From the NCBI GenBank assembly GCA_028534125.1, contig CM052816.1:94862001-94926000 (forward strand): a DNA stretch of 64,000 nt, read 5' to 3'. The DNA is from Lama glama. Its lineage: Eukaryota. The notes below the pieces were generated by a model, which had not been told where the DNA came from, did no database searches, and saw nothing but the letters and a program-made list of their open reading frames with translations. A program made the position numbers and the translations under genes. Shown here one piece after another: positions 37,284 to 49,910 of the stretch; positions within the stretch are counted from its first letter, which is position 1, and the number at the start of each line of letters is the position of its first letter.

Positions 37284-38104
37284 CTCTAGCAAGACAGATG
37301 TAGAGTTCCCAGCTGCTTCCCACTTTTGACTTCTGCCAGACACATCAGCCTTTAGCCCAGTGTCCCCAGAGGCCGCTCATTCTACACGCAAGCATGCCTC
37401 TGTGTCCAGATCATCTAACCAAAGCTCACAGTTTTGAGGGCCCCCTTCAACACACTGGTTTGCTGAATTCCCCCAAAAGAAATCCTGCCTTGTTACATGC
37501 ACTTTGCCAAGTCATCATCCAAGCAGAGGTGGTTAAGCTGTCCCTGACCAGAGATTCACTGTGGTTCTCAGAAGTCCGGGAAGCACGTGTGGGTTGCAGA
37601 GATAATCTTGGGCAGAAAGTTCAGAGATTTGGGTTAAGCGCTGTGATAAGTTCGTTGGCATGTGAGGCGCAGATGGAGCCAGCCTGGAAAGGTGGAGGGG
37701 ATGTGGGTAGGGAACCTCTGTCCACGCCTGACTTGGAATTAGGTTACACTGGTTCGTGAGAAAGGTGATGGAGTGAACACCGCGGTAACGAGTCATCTGA
37801 AATGCCATCTTCTTTTCATCCTCTCTCTTCTCCTCTGATATTAGATTAGTCCTTTACCTTTTCTTTGACTTTCCCCCTTTCCTTTCCTATCTCTTTTCTA
37901 GTTGTTAAAAAACAGGAAAAATTGCTCTATTATAATAGAATGCCTTTAGATTGTCTTAAATTTGTTTCATGGCAATGTATTTTATAGCAAAACATACCAT
38001 CCATATTGTAAAACATTTAAAAGCCTCAATTTTCATGTATTTGTATTTTCAAATCAGGATGTAAGAATGAAAAATACTCATGTTTTATGTCTGTATATGT
38101 GCAT

Positions 38105-38236
38105 ATACACTTAGAAAAACAAAATAGCCTATAATGGAAAATAATCTGAAAAAATATATAAATGCAACCGAATCACTTTGCTGTACACCATAAACTAATC
38201 CAATGTTGTAAATAAACTATATTTCAATTTAAAAAA
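38105..38236 (+). mobile_element. Short L1 3' tip
   Basis: cctataatggaaaataatctgaaaaaatatata ... gaatcactttgctgtacacc ... aactatatttcaatt, then an A tail. Confidence 0.8.
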
Positions 38237-38654
38237 CAGACACAAACCCTTTAATGTGATATTTTAAAAAGTTATCCCCAAATACAAGGGTAGATAGTAA
38301 TTTCATTTTAATGTGCTTTTTTTTTAAAACTGAAACTAATGATTTTACTAGAAAAAAGAATATTGTTGTGAGACTACAAATGAATCAAAGTATTCATTTT
38401 GATTATTTTGATTATGCAGAATTCAGTAAGACATTTCTTAATGGGTTGAATAAACAGCTTCATATATTTTTTAAATCAAAATAAATGCATGTGAAGTTCT
38501 TCCTACCATTTCACATCTGTCAAAGTCAGCATGTATTTTGAGCAGATGAACATTTCTGTGTTCCAATGAGCATTTTTGGTATGCTCAATTTAGGACACTA
38601 ATGACAATGCAAACATGCACACAGAAATGCATAGGAAATGGTCCACGTGCTAAG

Positions 38655-38853
38655 GCAGAAGTGGGCAAAATTTTTCTGTAAAAGGCCAGATAGTACATTG
38701 TTTAGGCTGTCTCTGTCACACAATCTCAGCTTTTGTCTCATAGGACGAAAGCAGAGATAGACAATGTAAACGAACAGGCAGGGCTGTGTTCCAATAAAAC
38801 TTTATTTACAAAAACAGGCTGGCAGGATTTGCCCTCAAGGCAACCCCCTATAC
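38655..38853. mobile_element. hAT-Charlie MITE (MER58A-like)
   Basis: ggcaaaatttttctgtaaaaggccagatagta ... ggctgtgttccaataaaactttatttacaaaaacagg. Confidence 0.85.
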
Positions 38854-40095
38854 TGAAGGATTGATTATGCATTCTGGGCACCAAAAGCATTTTGTTTCCT
38901 TTGCATTTACCTAAATAAGATTCCCAGCAAGTATTATTTTGAAAGGCAGTCTGAAGAGTTTGTCTCTATAGTCACATTTCTATAGAACTGATTTTAAGCT
39001 GTCATTTTTAGTTAGTAACAATCAAATATTATTGACTTTCAGACTATTGTTAATGCTCTTGGATAGTTCGACAGGTGCATTGCAAGGAACTAATAAATTT
39101 CAGAAATAAGTGAGTTCTGTTTACTCATACTATGATGAAGGAAACACAATCTCATTTTAAAACTTATTGAAAGCGTATTAAATAAGTAAGCTGGAAGTTG
39201 TGTTTCTAAAGACAGCTATGATTTTTATTCCCAGTATCTGCATGATGAGGTCTCTTTAGGTTAGTCTTAGGGGGAAATACAGTCTTTCTTCCATAGGAAA
39301 AGAGAATATTATTCTTTGTTTTTTCTTACATTTATGTGTGCTATTTTGAACAACAAAAAGAATAATTATTTTAGAAACATATTCAAGTGATACTGTAACA
39401 TGTGTGTAATCTTTAAGGCTTTTCTAAGGTTTTTTAAAGTCTCTTTGTGATTTGTTGACATGCCCTCCACTTTCTACTGCTCTGTGTGTTGTTGCATGAG
39501 GAAGAACAAATGATAGGTCATACATGAGCATTGTTTTCAGAGAAAAGCAAACAGAATTGTCACAAGGGACAGTAAATTTAAGTTTCTTGTAGAGCTCACT
39601 ATCATCGGAGCTGATCCTGGGTTCTTGTAAGGTCCTGCACAATGGTGGCTGGTTCTACATGGAGGCTAAGCGAATAAATAGACCACAGGTGCATACTGAG
39701 GACTTGGATAAAACAAAGATGTCTTACTAGTCCATTTCAGATAGCTTTCACAACTCTTTGGTCTTGGTTAGAATTTGGGTACTTGGGTGTATCGTGCCAA
39801 TTGTGGATGGAAGCCTGGTTGGTATCCTCAGTTCAATTAGCGCTGTCAACCTTGGTTACTCTCCTCAGTGGAACAGAGATAATCGTGTCACGGTTCCTCT
39901 GCCTCCTTGTCGGAGTTTCACAGCACTTCTGTAATGGGTTCACACAGATGTTCCGAAATGGAAAGCACGCTCTCAGACATGTGCGGAGGCTCTCTTAATC
40001 CTTCCTGCCTGTGCTGTTAACTTGACCGGGGGAGATGGTGTTGAGAGGAGAGAAAACAGTGGGCGTCAGACAGCTCTGTTTTGCGCCTCTTGCAG

Positions 40096-40279
40096 GAGTC
40101 CTTTGGAACCTCTCATCTTGCGACGCACTCAAAATGCCCATCATCCAGGACACGCTGGCAGTGCTGACCAACGCGGTGATCATCCCCCACTCAGGCTGGG
40201 AAAATTCACCCCTCCAGGATGATCGGAAGATCCAGCTGCACTCCTCACAGGTGCTGCGAAATGCCACTGGATGCCTAAG
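40096..40279 (+). CDS. CTNND2: Delta-catenin next coding exon, armadillo repeats (probably the orthologue of human exon 12)
   Basis: Acceptor ttttgcgcctcttgcAG ends at 40095. The first GA completes the Gly codon left by the upstream exon. It then reads [60 protein letters not shown](R). Donor AAG|GTGAGT at 40280. Length 184 bp, phase 1 in, phase 2 out. Confidence 0.97.
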
Positions 40280-42479
40280 GTGAGTCCCGCGTCATTGCCG
40301 CCTCCTTCTGACGTCACACGCTTTCTGTTTCTGTGACTTTAATGGCTGTTTTGCTAATCATCAGAGTGTTCTGGAAAGATGAATACTGATATGGCAATGG
40401 AGTGAAGGAAGCTAGCAAAAATCATTTCTAGTGAGGTACTGAAAAGATATATGCATCTTCCAGTGTTCTGACTTATTTAACATGTTCGCTTAGGTCTTGG
40501 GCGAAAAATAAACATTTTTATTCCAACCAGAAATAATTAGTTTTTTGATGGAAAATAATAGTTAACAGTAATTTCCCTTGTTATGATATATTACGCATGT
40601 AGAATAACCAGGCAGACCCACAGGTGGGAAGAGTCTATGACGAACACCTAGAGATCGAATTAACTGTCACCAGTAGCTATTTTTATATTTTGGTTTTTCT
40701 TATTTTTCTATGTGACTGCAAGAGCCCGTGATTCTCAAAAACAGCTCTTTAATAAGGCCCATGATGTGAAATGTCTTTTTTAAATAATAAAAGTAGCAAA
40801 TGTGTTGTAATTATCTCCCCGTGCATTTTTACAAAACTCATCACCCAGAAGTCTCTTGAGATGTTTTGGATGTTTTCTTTAATTTTCGCTCTTAGAAAAG
40901 AATGTAATAATCAAGGTGCACTTCTGTCTCCAAACTCTGGAAACTGTGCTCCCAAGAACGTCGCATATTCCAACAGAGGTGGAAATCTCTGCCGGTTAAC
41001 TTGATGATGGAATGGGAGTGATTTAAAATACCTACTCAAATAACCTACGTATCAAAAGGAAAACGTACGAGATTGCTTTATCTGGGCTGCCTCAAAGCTG
41101 CCGTTCCTCCTATGCTTGATCAGTTTCTAGGTGGAGGAACCAGTCCCCACTGAGAAGGAACAGAATCACCTCGGTGACGTTAATAATAATTACCTCATGA
41201 ATATTTATAACAGCGCTCTCAGCCTCCCGTCTTGAGAGGATGGTGTGTGTTTGTGTGCATGTGAATGCATAAAGGGAGACAGAGCGAGTTGGCCTCCGTA
41301 AATATCAACGTACATTCATGGGCAGGGATAAGAAACCCTCTGACAATTTTGCTTTTCCTCAAGGTCACGAAATAATGATCTTTAGGCATGATTTCTCTGG
41401 ATAGGCTCCGCCATAAGCCAGATTTACGGTTCTCCAAAAACCCTATTGAGACGTCCATTTTATAACGTCTTAAATTCTATTATCCTTCAGGAACCGCCTG
41501 CCCCTCCAAAAGAAATATCACTCTTCCAAAGCTAAAACTACAGGCACTTCTGACCCTTTTTACCTGGTTTTTCTGTTTCAGTTATTTGCAACTATTACAT
41601 ATGGCTCCTTTCTTGGCATCCTTGGCTGGTAAAGGATCATTCCTAATGGAGATCATGGAAGGAGGTGTCCATTGTAGGCGTATAGTCAGTAAAGATCTGT
41701 TTAGTCCCATCAACTGAAATTCTCTCTGAGTAATATAGGAACATAGTTGTATATTCATGATGTTTGACTTAAGGATGTAGGGCACTGATGTCATGAGCAT
41801 TCAGCTTCATTTGATGAAAAGCCGGGTGAAGAAACTAGACCGTGGTAGGTTCCCGGGTTCCCTTTGTGGGTCGTCTGGCTAAGTTCACACACACGGAGAC
41901 TGGACCCGAGCTGCTTCGGCTGCTGGCCAGGATGGACCACATCATAGGAAGGAGAAAGGGGCATCTGATTTGGAGTTTCATGTAGCCTCATCAGCTTTTC
42001 TTAGTCCAGATGAAATCAGGTTTAGGGTTTTCCCACTTTTCTGAGTTTGTTATGTCACAAAGCAAGATTCATCAATATATGGTGAATATTTTCACTTCCC
42101 TCTTAATCCATTAAACTCCTGCCCTTCTTATGGAAAGAAATACAATTTTTTCTCACTTATTTGAATGTGTTCATGAATCACTCCACATTAATGAACAGTT
42201 GGACTAACAGAGGAAGAAAACAGCCCTGGGAAGGGGCTTAAATGAATTTCTCAAATAAAGACTCAGCAGATGAACGGTTTCAGGAAATTTCTCCTGTTAC
42301 CATTTACTTAGGCGCAATGTTGGAAACCCCCCCAAAGAGTCGTACATGTTTATACAATGATGGAAAATTTAGATTTCAGTGTGTAAGGTTATTTACATTC
42401 TCAATTTTTTCCAGCAAAGCCTAGATCTTTATTTACGTTAAAGAACTTACTTTGTCTGCTGTCCCTGCCTTTCAGCAGT

Positions 42480-43050
42480 TTCGTCCGTGAGCATTTGTTC
42501 ATTGCCTGCTGTGTGCCAGAGAAGGATCAGGGCGGCGGGAATAAACATGCAGCCTCTCCTGCCCTTCAGAAACTCCTAAACCAGTGCAGGACAATGGCCC
42601 TAGCATTATATTTCAGTATAATACATAGCTACGACTGGGATAGCATAGAAGGAAGGACTGGGAAGAGCTAGTGGCTAACTCAGCCAGTGTGGCCACAAAA
42701 GGCTTCAAGAGCCAGGTGGGACTGGGGCTCAGCAGAGAAAGGGCTTCACCATTCAATGCGTTGGATGGGCATTAAGGCCAGAAGGAGTGGTAGGCAGGCC
42801 CTGTGTACATGAGAGAACTCCAGGATCTGTAGTCAGTCAGCAAACCTAGGAGACTTTAGAAGATACTGCTTGCTTAGTTGTGCCATTTCAGGTGATGAAG
42901 GGCCTCCAAAGCAGAACTAAGAACACTAGACTGGAGTCTGTCTGTGTGGAGTAGGGGGCGATGGAGCAGCTTTGGCCAAGGGAACACGTGATCAGCTCTG
43001 TGGGGGAGCAAGTGTACAGAACAGAGTGGAGGCAGGTGGGGAGGGGTCGG
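42480..43050 (-). mobile_element. L2 remnant
   Basis: agcatttgttcattgcctgctgtgtgccag ... tcctgcccttcagaaactc ... gtagggggcgatggagcag. Confidence 0.55.
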
Positions 43051-44114
43051 TGACAATAAGGGTGGAGCTGTGAACTTCCGGGCTGCCCTGCAGGCTTCAT
43101 TCATAAAGTGCCTCCTGTAGACAGCAGTAAATATCAACACTTTGTTCCATTCGATTAAGTGTAACTATCACTGATTGGTGGCTCTGGGAACGATTTCCTT
43201 AACTATTGACGTTTTCATTCTGCTTTTCATCTTGGAACTTTTTCGTCTTTCCAGTCATCCTATTCTTACTAAAATGATAGTTTCAGTATCTTATCAAATT
43301 GTTTACAGAAGTTTTATGGCACCAATCACTATTCGTATGTAACTGAGGTTTAAAAAATCAAATCCAAAAAACCGAGAGGACGTCAGACACACGTAACCAT
43401 GCTAAGTTGTGAATAATGCAGTAGAGCCAGCCAAAGTCCCCTGGAACTGCAGAAATGATTTGAATATAATCCTCAGAATGTAGCTTAATAGGCAGATCAT
43501 CTCAATGTAGAAATCAGACCTGGGCTTCTATCTTTGCAAAGAACGTTTTTTCTTCTATCACAATATTTAGAAAGAATTCGGTTCTTTGGCGCTTCTTAAA
43601 GCAGAAAATAAAATCTCAGCAATTATTCCTCTAGTCATTTTCGTGTACTAAATATATATTTTATATAAAAATGATACAGTGAATTTGTACAAGAAGATTA
43701 TATAGTGAGTTTGTATAACATTTGTATACCTTGATCTGGTCTATTAATTTATAGCTTTAATCTGTTTTTTCACTGTTAAAGAAATTTATTGTTTTCTTAC
43801 TAATTTTACAAGCAACACGTGTTCATTGCTGACTACTCCAAATAACCGAAAACATAACGTAATGATTAACAGTCACCCACATTCCCCGCCCCCCCGAGAT
43901 AAACCACCGTTAGACATTTCCTCCCAGTGTCTGCCTGTCTTTTTACTCTTAAAAGTCACCTAATTTATATAAAAATGCCACCGTTTTATGTTACGAATCT
44001 TTCCCAATGTGTTATAGCCACTGCTACCATATTCCATAAAATCAGGCTAAAACACAAGCGTGTGACTTAGGACCTTGTTTATCTGGTAAAAGAAAACAAT
44101 AAGTTACACTTGGT

Positions 44115-44223
44115 CTACAAAGTGTGTCCTGTGTGTGCGTGTGCCGTGTGTGTGTCTGTGCGTGTGCGTGCTACAAAGTGTACCGTGTGCATGTGCCGTG
44201 TGTGTGTCTATGTGTGTGTGTGC
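44115..44223 (+). repeat. Two-copy ~56 bp TG-rich tandem duplication
   Basis: Units start CTACAAAGTGT at 44115 and 44171, and both contain gtgccgtgtgtgtgtct. Confidence 0.85.
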
Positions 44224-46379
44224 TTAAGGAATTCAACACAAAACTCTGGAGAGGATTATGACTCGTTAGATATACACCAGGTTCAGTGTCACAACGGGCA
44301 AGCAGTTCAGTTCCCTTGGTGTGATTTCTGGCTATTCTGCTTTGTCAAGGCAAAGAAAATTAGTATCTTTTAAAAAATAATAAAGTATTTACAAAATATT
44401 TCTTACTACTGAACTTCCCTTCCTTTTTCAGATCTTTATTAGGGAAACATTTTGAAAAGTAAGGTGTTATTTTTGAGGACCATCCTGTTGCATTCAAGTT
44501 CTTTTTAATTATTTCCCTTTATGTACTTCGACTGACAGGAATTCTCCACAGCCTTTGCTAGGAGTTAAATGTAATTCAGTCCTTGCCATAATTATACATG
44601 TTCTAAATTTGTTTTGAGATTATTTTTTCTCATGACCATTCATTATCAAACAATACTTTGAAGTTTAAAAGAATACAAGTACCAAGGTAGCGTGAGGTCA
44701 CTGTTTAATATATTTCATAAGTGATGTGCGTTACTTTGGATTCAGGATCTGTCCTCAGGTGATGTTATTCCTAATACTGAGTTGGAATAGGAAGTCTCCT
44801 TTCTCAAGAATTGTAGAGAAATGGAAGAAGGAAGCTGTGTGGTTGTGGGTGCGTGTGTGAGTATGGAGGGGTGTGTGTGTGTGTGTGTGTGTTTTTATGT
44901 AGGGTGGGAGAGACAGTTTATTTGTTCAATCATTCCAAGTTATGACCCAGCAACATAGTAGATATTTATTAAATCATTTTATACATTGTCAATAGAGACA
45001 TGATTTTTTCTGTAGGATTAAAATGAGTATTTTTATTCATAAAATCCCTGACTTCCAAGGCCAAGAAGTTCTGCTCCAAATACATCGTTTATTCTCATAT
45101 TTATTATAAGTTCAATTGCTCATGTGTAGTAAGTCGTGAAGCCAGGATTTTCACCCCCATCCTGACTCCGGCTCCAGACCATCCCCACTACACCACATGC
45201 AGGGGAAATATAACGTTGTATGAAATGAGACTGACAGATCTGTACTTAGAACAACACAGACAACCACCCGACCAGCAAATGGACAGCATGCTCTTTGTGT
45301 TGGTTCTTTTAATTTGCTTCTCGACATGTACTGAGTAGCAGCTACTTGGACAACATCCCTTTTGCCCTTAATTGCCAGCTGTGTTCTCCCTCCCTCTTAT
45401 TTCTTACTTTCCCTTCTCCTCTTTCTAAGACAAAAAGTATGGATGGCAGGGGACTTGGAGAGTTAGCCACGTAACCCCATGTGAATCCTTTCTCTCTACT
45501 TCCATGTTGAATTTAAACAGAACGATGAGTGTCTGTATTTTTAAGAGTAAGACTACATTTTAAGACATATCCTAGATAGTTGAGTTGACATTATTTTTCC
45601 AGTCCTTAGATTCCTCCATTCTTTTACTGATGATTTTAAATGAGTTAATATTTTTGGCTTGTTTCTATAGCTACAGTTTCAAGAATATATGAGGAAAATG
45701 AAATGAAAAAGAAAATTAAACTCTTTTCCTGGGATAGTATTTCCTAACCTAGGGTAGCTCATAACTCCAGTAGGAGCTTATGGTAGATAAAAGTAAATTA
45801 TCAGATCATTATCAGAGATCATTATTCTTAATTTTTGTTCTTTGCAGGATTCAAACTTGTTTATGTCATTTCAGGGAAGGAGGCCGAGATTGAGAATTTA
45901 AGCAATTACTATTCTGAAAAAGTACACCTTTCACTTTTCAGAAAAAAAAAGATTATAAATGCAAATTGTACCGCTCTTAAATATTCAAAAGCTTGTTAGA
46001 GAGAAATTTAAGTTAGAAAAAAAGGCCTATGCCTTAGTAAGCTAAAACCTACAACACTCGTACTGTTCAGTCTTCTGACAATTTCAGCAGTCTTAAAAGA
46101 CTCTGTCCAGTTTCTCGAGCCTTCCCTTTGGCTGTATACAGTATACCAATATCGACGGCAGTGTTTGTGCCACCAGCCTGAAGCTCACGGGGCATGAGCT
46201 AAAGAGAAGAGCCTCTTGGCTTTGCCTTCTTTGAAAAGGCATGGTGAATCTCTGTAGGAAGTTGGCATGTCCTGTTGACGTAGCAAAAACTTAAGCACAC
46301 ATAAAATATAAAATGAAAAGTTAATACCCTTAGTCCTTCTATTTCTTTCTTTCTTTCCAATTAGAAAGAAACTTTGTTT

Positions 46380-46503
46380 TCATTTTTTATTGAAGTATGG
46401 TTAATTTATGATGTTGTGTTAGTTTCTGGTGTACAGCAAAGTGATTCAGTTTCATATATGTATATACTTGTTCAGTTTTTTTTTAATTGAAGTACAGTCA
46501 GTT
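46380..46503 (-). mobile_element. Two adjacent very short L1 3' tips
   Basis: ttttttattgaagtatggttaattt...gtgtacagcaaagtgattcag, then tttttttttaattgaagtacagtcagtt. Confidence 0.75.
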
Positions 46504-47246
46504 CCTTAGTCCGTTTCCATTTAAAATTCGTTTTGGGGATAGGAAATGAAATTTTTCAAGAGTTGACCTATTCCTGAAATATCTGTCCATCACTGAGAAA
46601 AGAGAATAGATATGAAAAAAAAAAGATCTCAAATTTTGTTGGAGGAGCGAGTGGATGAGAACCATGACAGCTGGACTGCGGAACTCCAGGAGGCCGTGGC
46701 CGGCGGGGACGGTGGGAGTTGCCAGTGGGGGCGATTAGCAGGGGTGGGCTTTGTCTCTGCACCCGTCCTCCCCTGCCCCCTCCACTCCCACCCTCAACAC
46801 TCACTGATGTTCACCTTCCTCCTCCTTTCTCCCCCTTTTCTAATTTTGTCTTTTGTTCCAATTCAGCTCAACTAAAGCTTTAATTTTTAAGTAAAAAATT
46901 TACATATACGGCCTAAAATAAAAATTGGAAAATGTTAGAACAGCTTAGGATGCAATTATGCATGAAGTGATTGTGTTGGTCATTCCTCCTCTACAGTGAA
47001 GGATCCCTCCAGGGAGACCACTTTCCTCTGGCCTCAGTGAGGCGATTTAGCCCTTGAAATGGACCCCGTTGCGTACCTGCGATCGTTTCATTGCACCACG
47101 TGTAATCAGATACCTTCCTGGAACCTTTGGCTGGAATAATCATCACCTTCAGTCAAAACGTGGGTTGACCAACCCCAGCCTGAAGGCTCCCTAGGGAAGG
47201 TGGGACGGGCTCAGCCTGTGGACAGGCTCATTTTGGCTGAGGGCCC

Positions 47247-47690
47247 TGCAGGAGGCTGAATAAGTGCCCCCCCGCCAAAGTCTGTGTCAACCAGGAACCT
47301 CAGAATGTGACCCTGTTTGGAAACAGGGTCTTCATAGGTGTAATTCGTTAAGTTGCGATGAGGTCAGACTGAATTAGGGTAGCCCCTGAATCTAATGAGT
47401 GCATCTTTATGAGAAGAGGAGGTACACAGAGAGACACACGGGGAAGAAGGCCCTGTGAAGACAGGCGGAGGCTGGAGCGATGCCGCCGTGAGCCCAGGAA
47501 TGACTAGGGCTGCCGGCATCCACCGGAAGTTAGGGAGAGGCGGAGAGGGGTTCCTCCCCAGAGCCTGCGGAGGGAACATGGCCCTGCTGACACTTTGATT
47601 TGGGGCTCCTGACCTCCAGAGCTATGAAAGAATAGTATCATGTTGTTTTGTGGCACTTTGTTCTGGCCTCCCTGGGAACCTGGGACAGCC
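47247..47690 (+). mobile_element. MaLR solo LTR (MLT1C-like)
   Basis: ggaacctcagaatgtgaccctgtttggaaacagggtctt ... catggccctgctgacactttgattt ... cctccagagctatga. Confidence 0.88.
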
Positions 47691-48267
47691 ACCGTAGTCA
47701 GGAGCCCAGAAAGCCCTGCCAAACAGAGGGGACACAGCCCAGGGAGAAAAAAGGGCTGAATAACTCAGAGAAGCAGCCTGTCCCCACACAGTGGCTACAC
47801 ACCGAACAGAAGACCCAGACAGAAAGCCGTTTTTCTCTAAACTCGAGGCCAGGCCCCTCCATAGCTCAGGTGCAAGGCAGCCCGTCCCCTGGAGCGAGAG
47901 TGACTGCCAGCCCAGGTGAGGCTGCCTGGCCAAGGAAGTTCAAGTCCAACCTCTCTGACTGGGTGGCTGTTAAATAAACATCTCCCCACATTGGATTCCA
48001 TGCTCGTGTTTTCTGCCCATTTATGAGCCGACCTCCCTTCCCTCCTGACTCTGAACTCGCTTCTGAAAGTTGTGAGGACCTGTGGGATATGAATTTTTTG
48101 GATACGGTGGACAGCCAGAAGTCATCCTAGGGTCTCGAGCAGAGCACATGGTATGAGTTAAGTCTCACTGAAAGGAGTTGGCCCCAGCCACTGTGTACAG
48201 AATGAATGCTTTCTGGATTTCGTGTGAGACATGACTGTGTTTTCCCATTTAAAGTATCACAGATCAA

Positions 48268-48387
48268 GAGGGGAGGGTGTATTTCAGTGGCAGAGCACGT
48301 GCTTGGCATGCACGAGGTCCTGGGTTCAACCCCCAGTACCTCCAGTAAAATAAATAAATGAATCTAACTGCCACCCCCCCCCAATAA
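48268..48387 (+). mobile_element. tRNA-derived SINE, camelid Vic-1-like
   Basis: ggggagggtgtatttcagtggcagagcacgtgcttggcatgcacgaggtcctgggttcaacccccagtacctcca followed by an AT-rich/C-rich tail. 17 bp TSD aaagtatcacagatcaa (48251-48267) / aaggtatcgcagatcaa (48388-48404) with 2 mismatches. Confidence 0.9.
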
Positions 48388-49532
48388 AAGGTATCGCAGA
48401 TCAATGTCCTCAAGATCCCTTTGTGGCCATTGTCAGCATTTCAATGTGAACTGTAGGCAAAACCTTGATGGGTAGGTACCCTTTTTTGCTTTTTAATCTG
48501 CCAGCTCAGTACAACTCCAGTCGGCCTCACTGTATGGCTGTGTTTCATTTAGTCATGAGTATGTTGGAGTTGATTTCTGACTGAAGTATTTGCATAAGGC
48601 TGGCTTTGGTAACATCCACAGCTCATTTCCTGGTGCCACGGAGTCACTTATTTATTTTTATTATTCTGTTCCCACTTCAGCATCTTGTCCTGAAGGACAA
48701 CAATGTACAACCCTAATTTTATCCATCTATTTTGTGTACGTGAGAATATTGTTAAGGCTGTCCAAGGAGCTGCTGTGTGCCTTTGCTTATGAGCATAATT
48801 AAACTCAGACCCTCAATTAGTCATTTTAACCCATTTAATGGATGAGCGCTTGGTCCCGTGGTGCCACTAATTCTGGAGTGACCTTGAGAAAACCCCGTCA
48901 CAAAGGAGTACTAGTGATAATCACAGTCTGGCCAGAAGGCTCCTAGGATATCTGTTTTATCTGGTTTACTCTTGCACTGGACACAGGAAAGAAGAGGAGT
49001 TATTATTTTTATGTTAGGTTCGGTTGGTTGCCAATATTATGCATCTAATAAACAGGATATGTTTTGAAAAATATTTTAAGACTTATTTAATGAGCTTTCG
49101 ATTTATCCCAGGCTTGCGTTGCAGCTGAGTTGAGTACTCTTACCCAGGTACCGAAAAGGGAAGGACCTAGTCTAGGTGGATGCTGTGAACAGACACAACA
49201 CCACTCACCCCTCTCACGCCATCTTCCCACACCTGCTCCCAAAGCAGGGGATGCTCCCCACCTGAACCATTCTCCAGTCCTGATCAGTGTATTTATTATG
49301 GATAAAAAGTGAATGGTTTTCTTGAGTATGACTCAGCAGTGATGGTCCTCTTTGAAGGAAGGGAACAGAATCCAGGGCGGGCAGAAGGAGTAGGGGGTCT
49401 CAGAGCCCCATCAGAGAGAATGGTTGGGCTGCCCACCAGCAGCTCCATTGGTGACGAGGGCTCCAGCCTCCCTAAGTGCATCCCAAGCTTCTAGCTCACT
49501 TTCTCCTGCTGAATCATAAGGAGATGGTGATT

Positions 49533-49910
49533 TATATTAGTTTGCTTAGGCTGTTGTAACAAAACACCACAGACTGGATGGCTAAAACAGACGCTTACCC
49601 TCTAGCAGTTCTGGAAGGTGGAAGTCTGAGGTCAAGATGTCAGCAGCACTGGTTCTCAGAGGCCTCTGTCCTTGACCTGCAGATGGCCATGTTCTCGCCA
49701 TGTCCCTACTTGGTCTTCTCAATGTGGCATCTGAGTCCTAATCTACTCTTCCTTAAAGACACCAGTCATGTTGGATGAGGGCTCATGCTAAAGACCTCAT
49801 TTTATCTTAATTACTCTTTAAAGACTATTTCTAAGCACAGTGCCGTTCTGAGGCACTGGGGGTCAGGACCTAACAGAGGAGTTTGTGAGGGACATAATTC
49901 AGCCCATAAT
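49533..49910 (-). mobile_element. MaLR solo LTR (MLT1A/B-like)
   Basis: tatattagtttgcttaggctgttgtaacaaaacaccacagactgg ... gacaccagtcatgttgga ... gggacataattcagcccataa. Confidence 0.88.

Larger units (their letters stand above)
6292..40095 (+). other. CTNND2: CTNND2 GT-AG intron, 33,804 bp as assembled (includes 500 N)
   Basis: Has GT..AG ends. The flanking exons join in frame to give contiguous [12 protein letters not shown]. Confidence 0.92.

Noticed and set aside
40241..40256. Cryptic splice site CTCCTCACAG|GTGCTG inside the second exon
   Set aside because: The protein match continues through it to the strong donor at 40280, and nothing in the sequence indicates it is used.
40035..40283. 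82 aa ORF as a standalone gene or ATG-initiated isoform
   Set aside because: The first ~20 codons are intronic and unlike delta-catenin. There is a proper acceptor at 40095 and no evidence for a promoter.
46612..46875. 87 aa ORF with a protein-like acidic stretch (LLEERVDENHDSWTAELQEAV)
   Set aside because: No family recognised, no convincing splice sites, and no retrocopy hallmarks such as TSD or poly(A).
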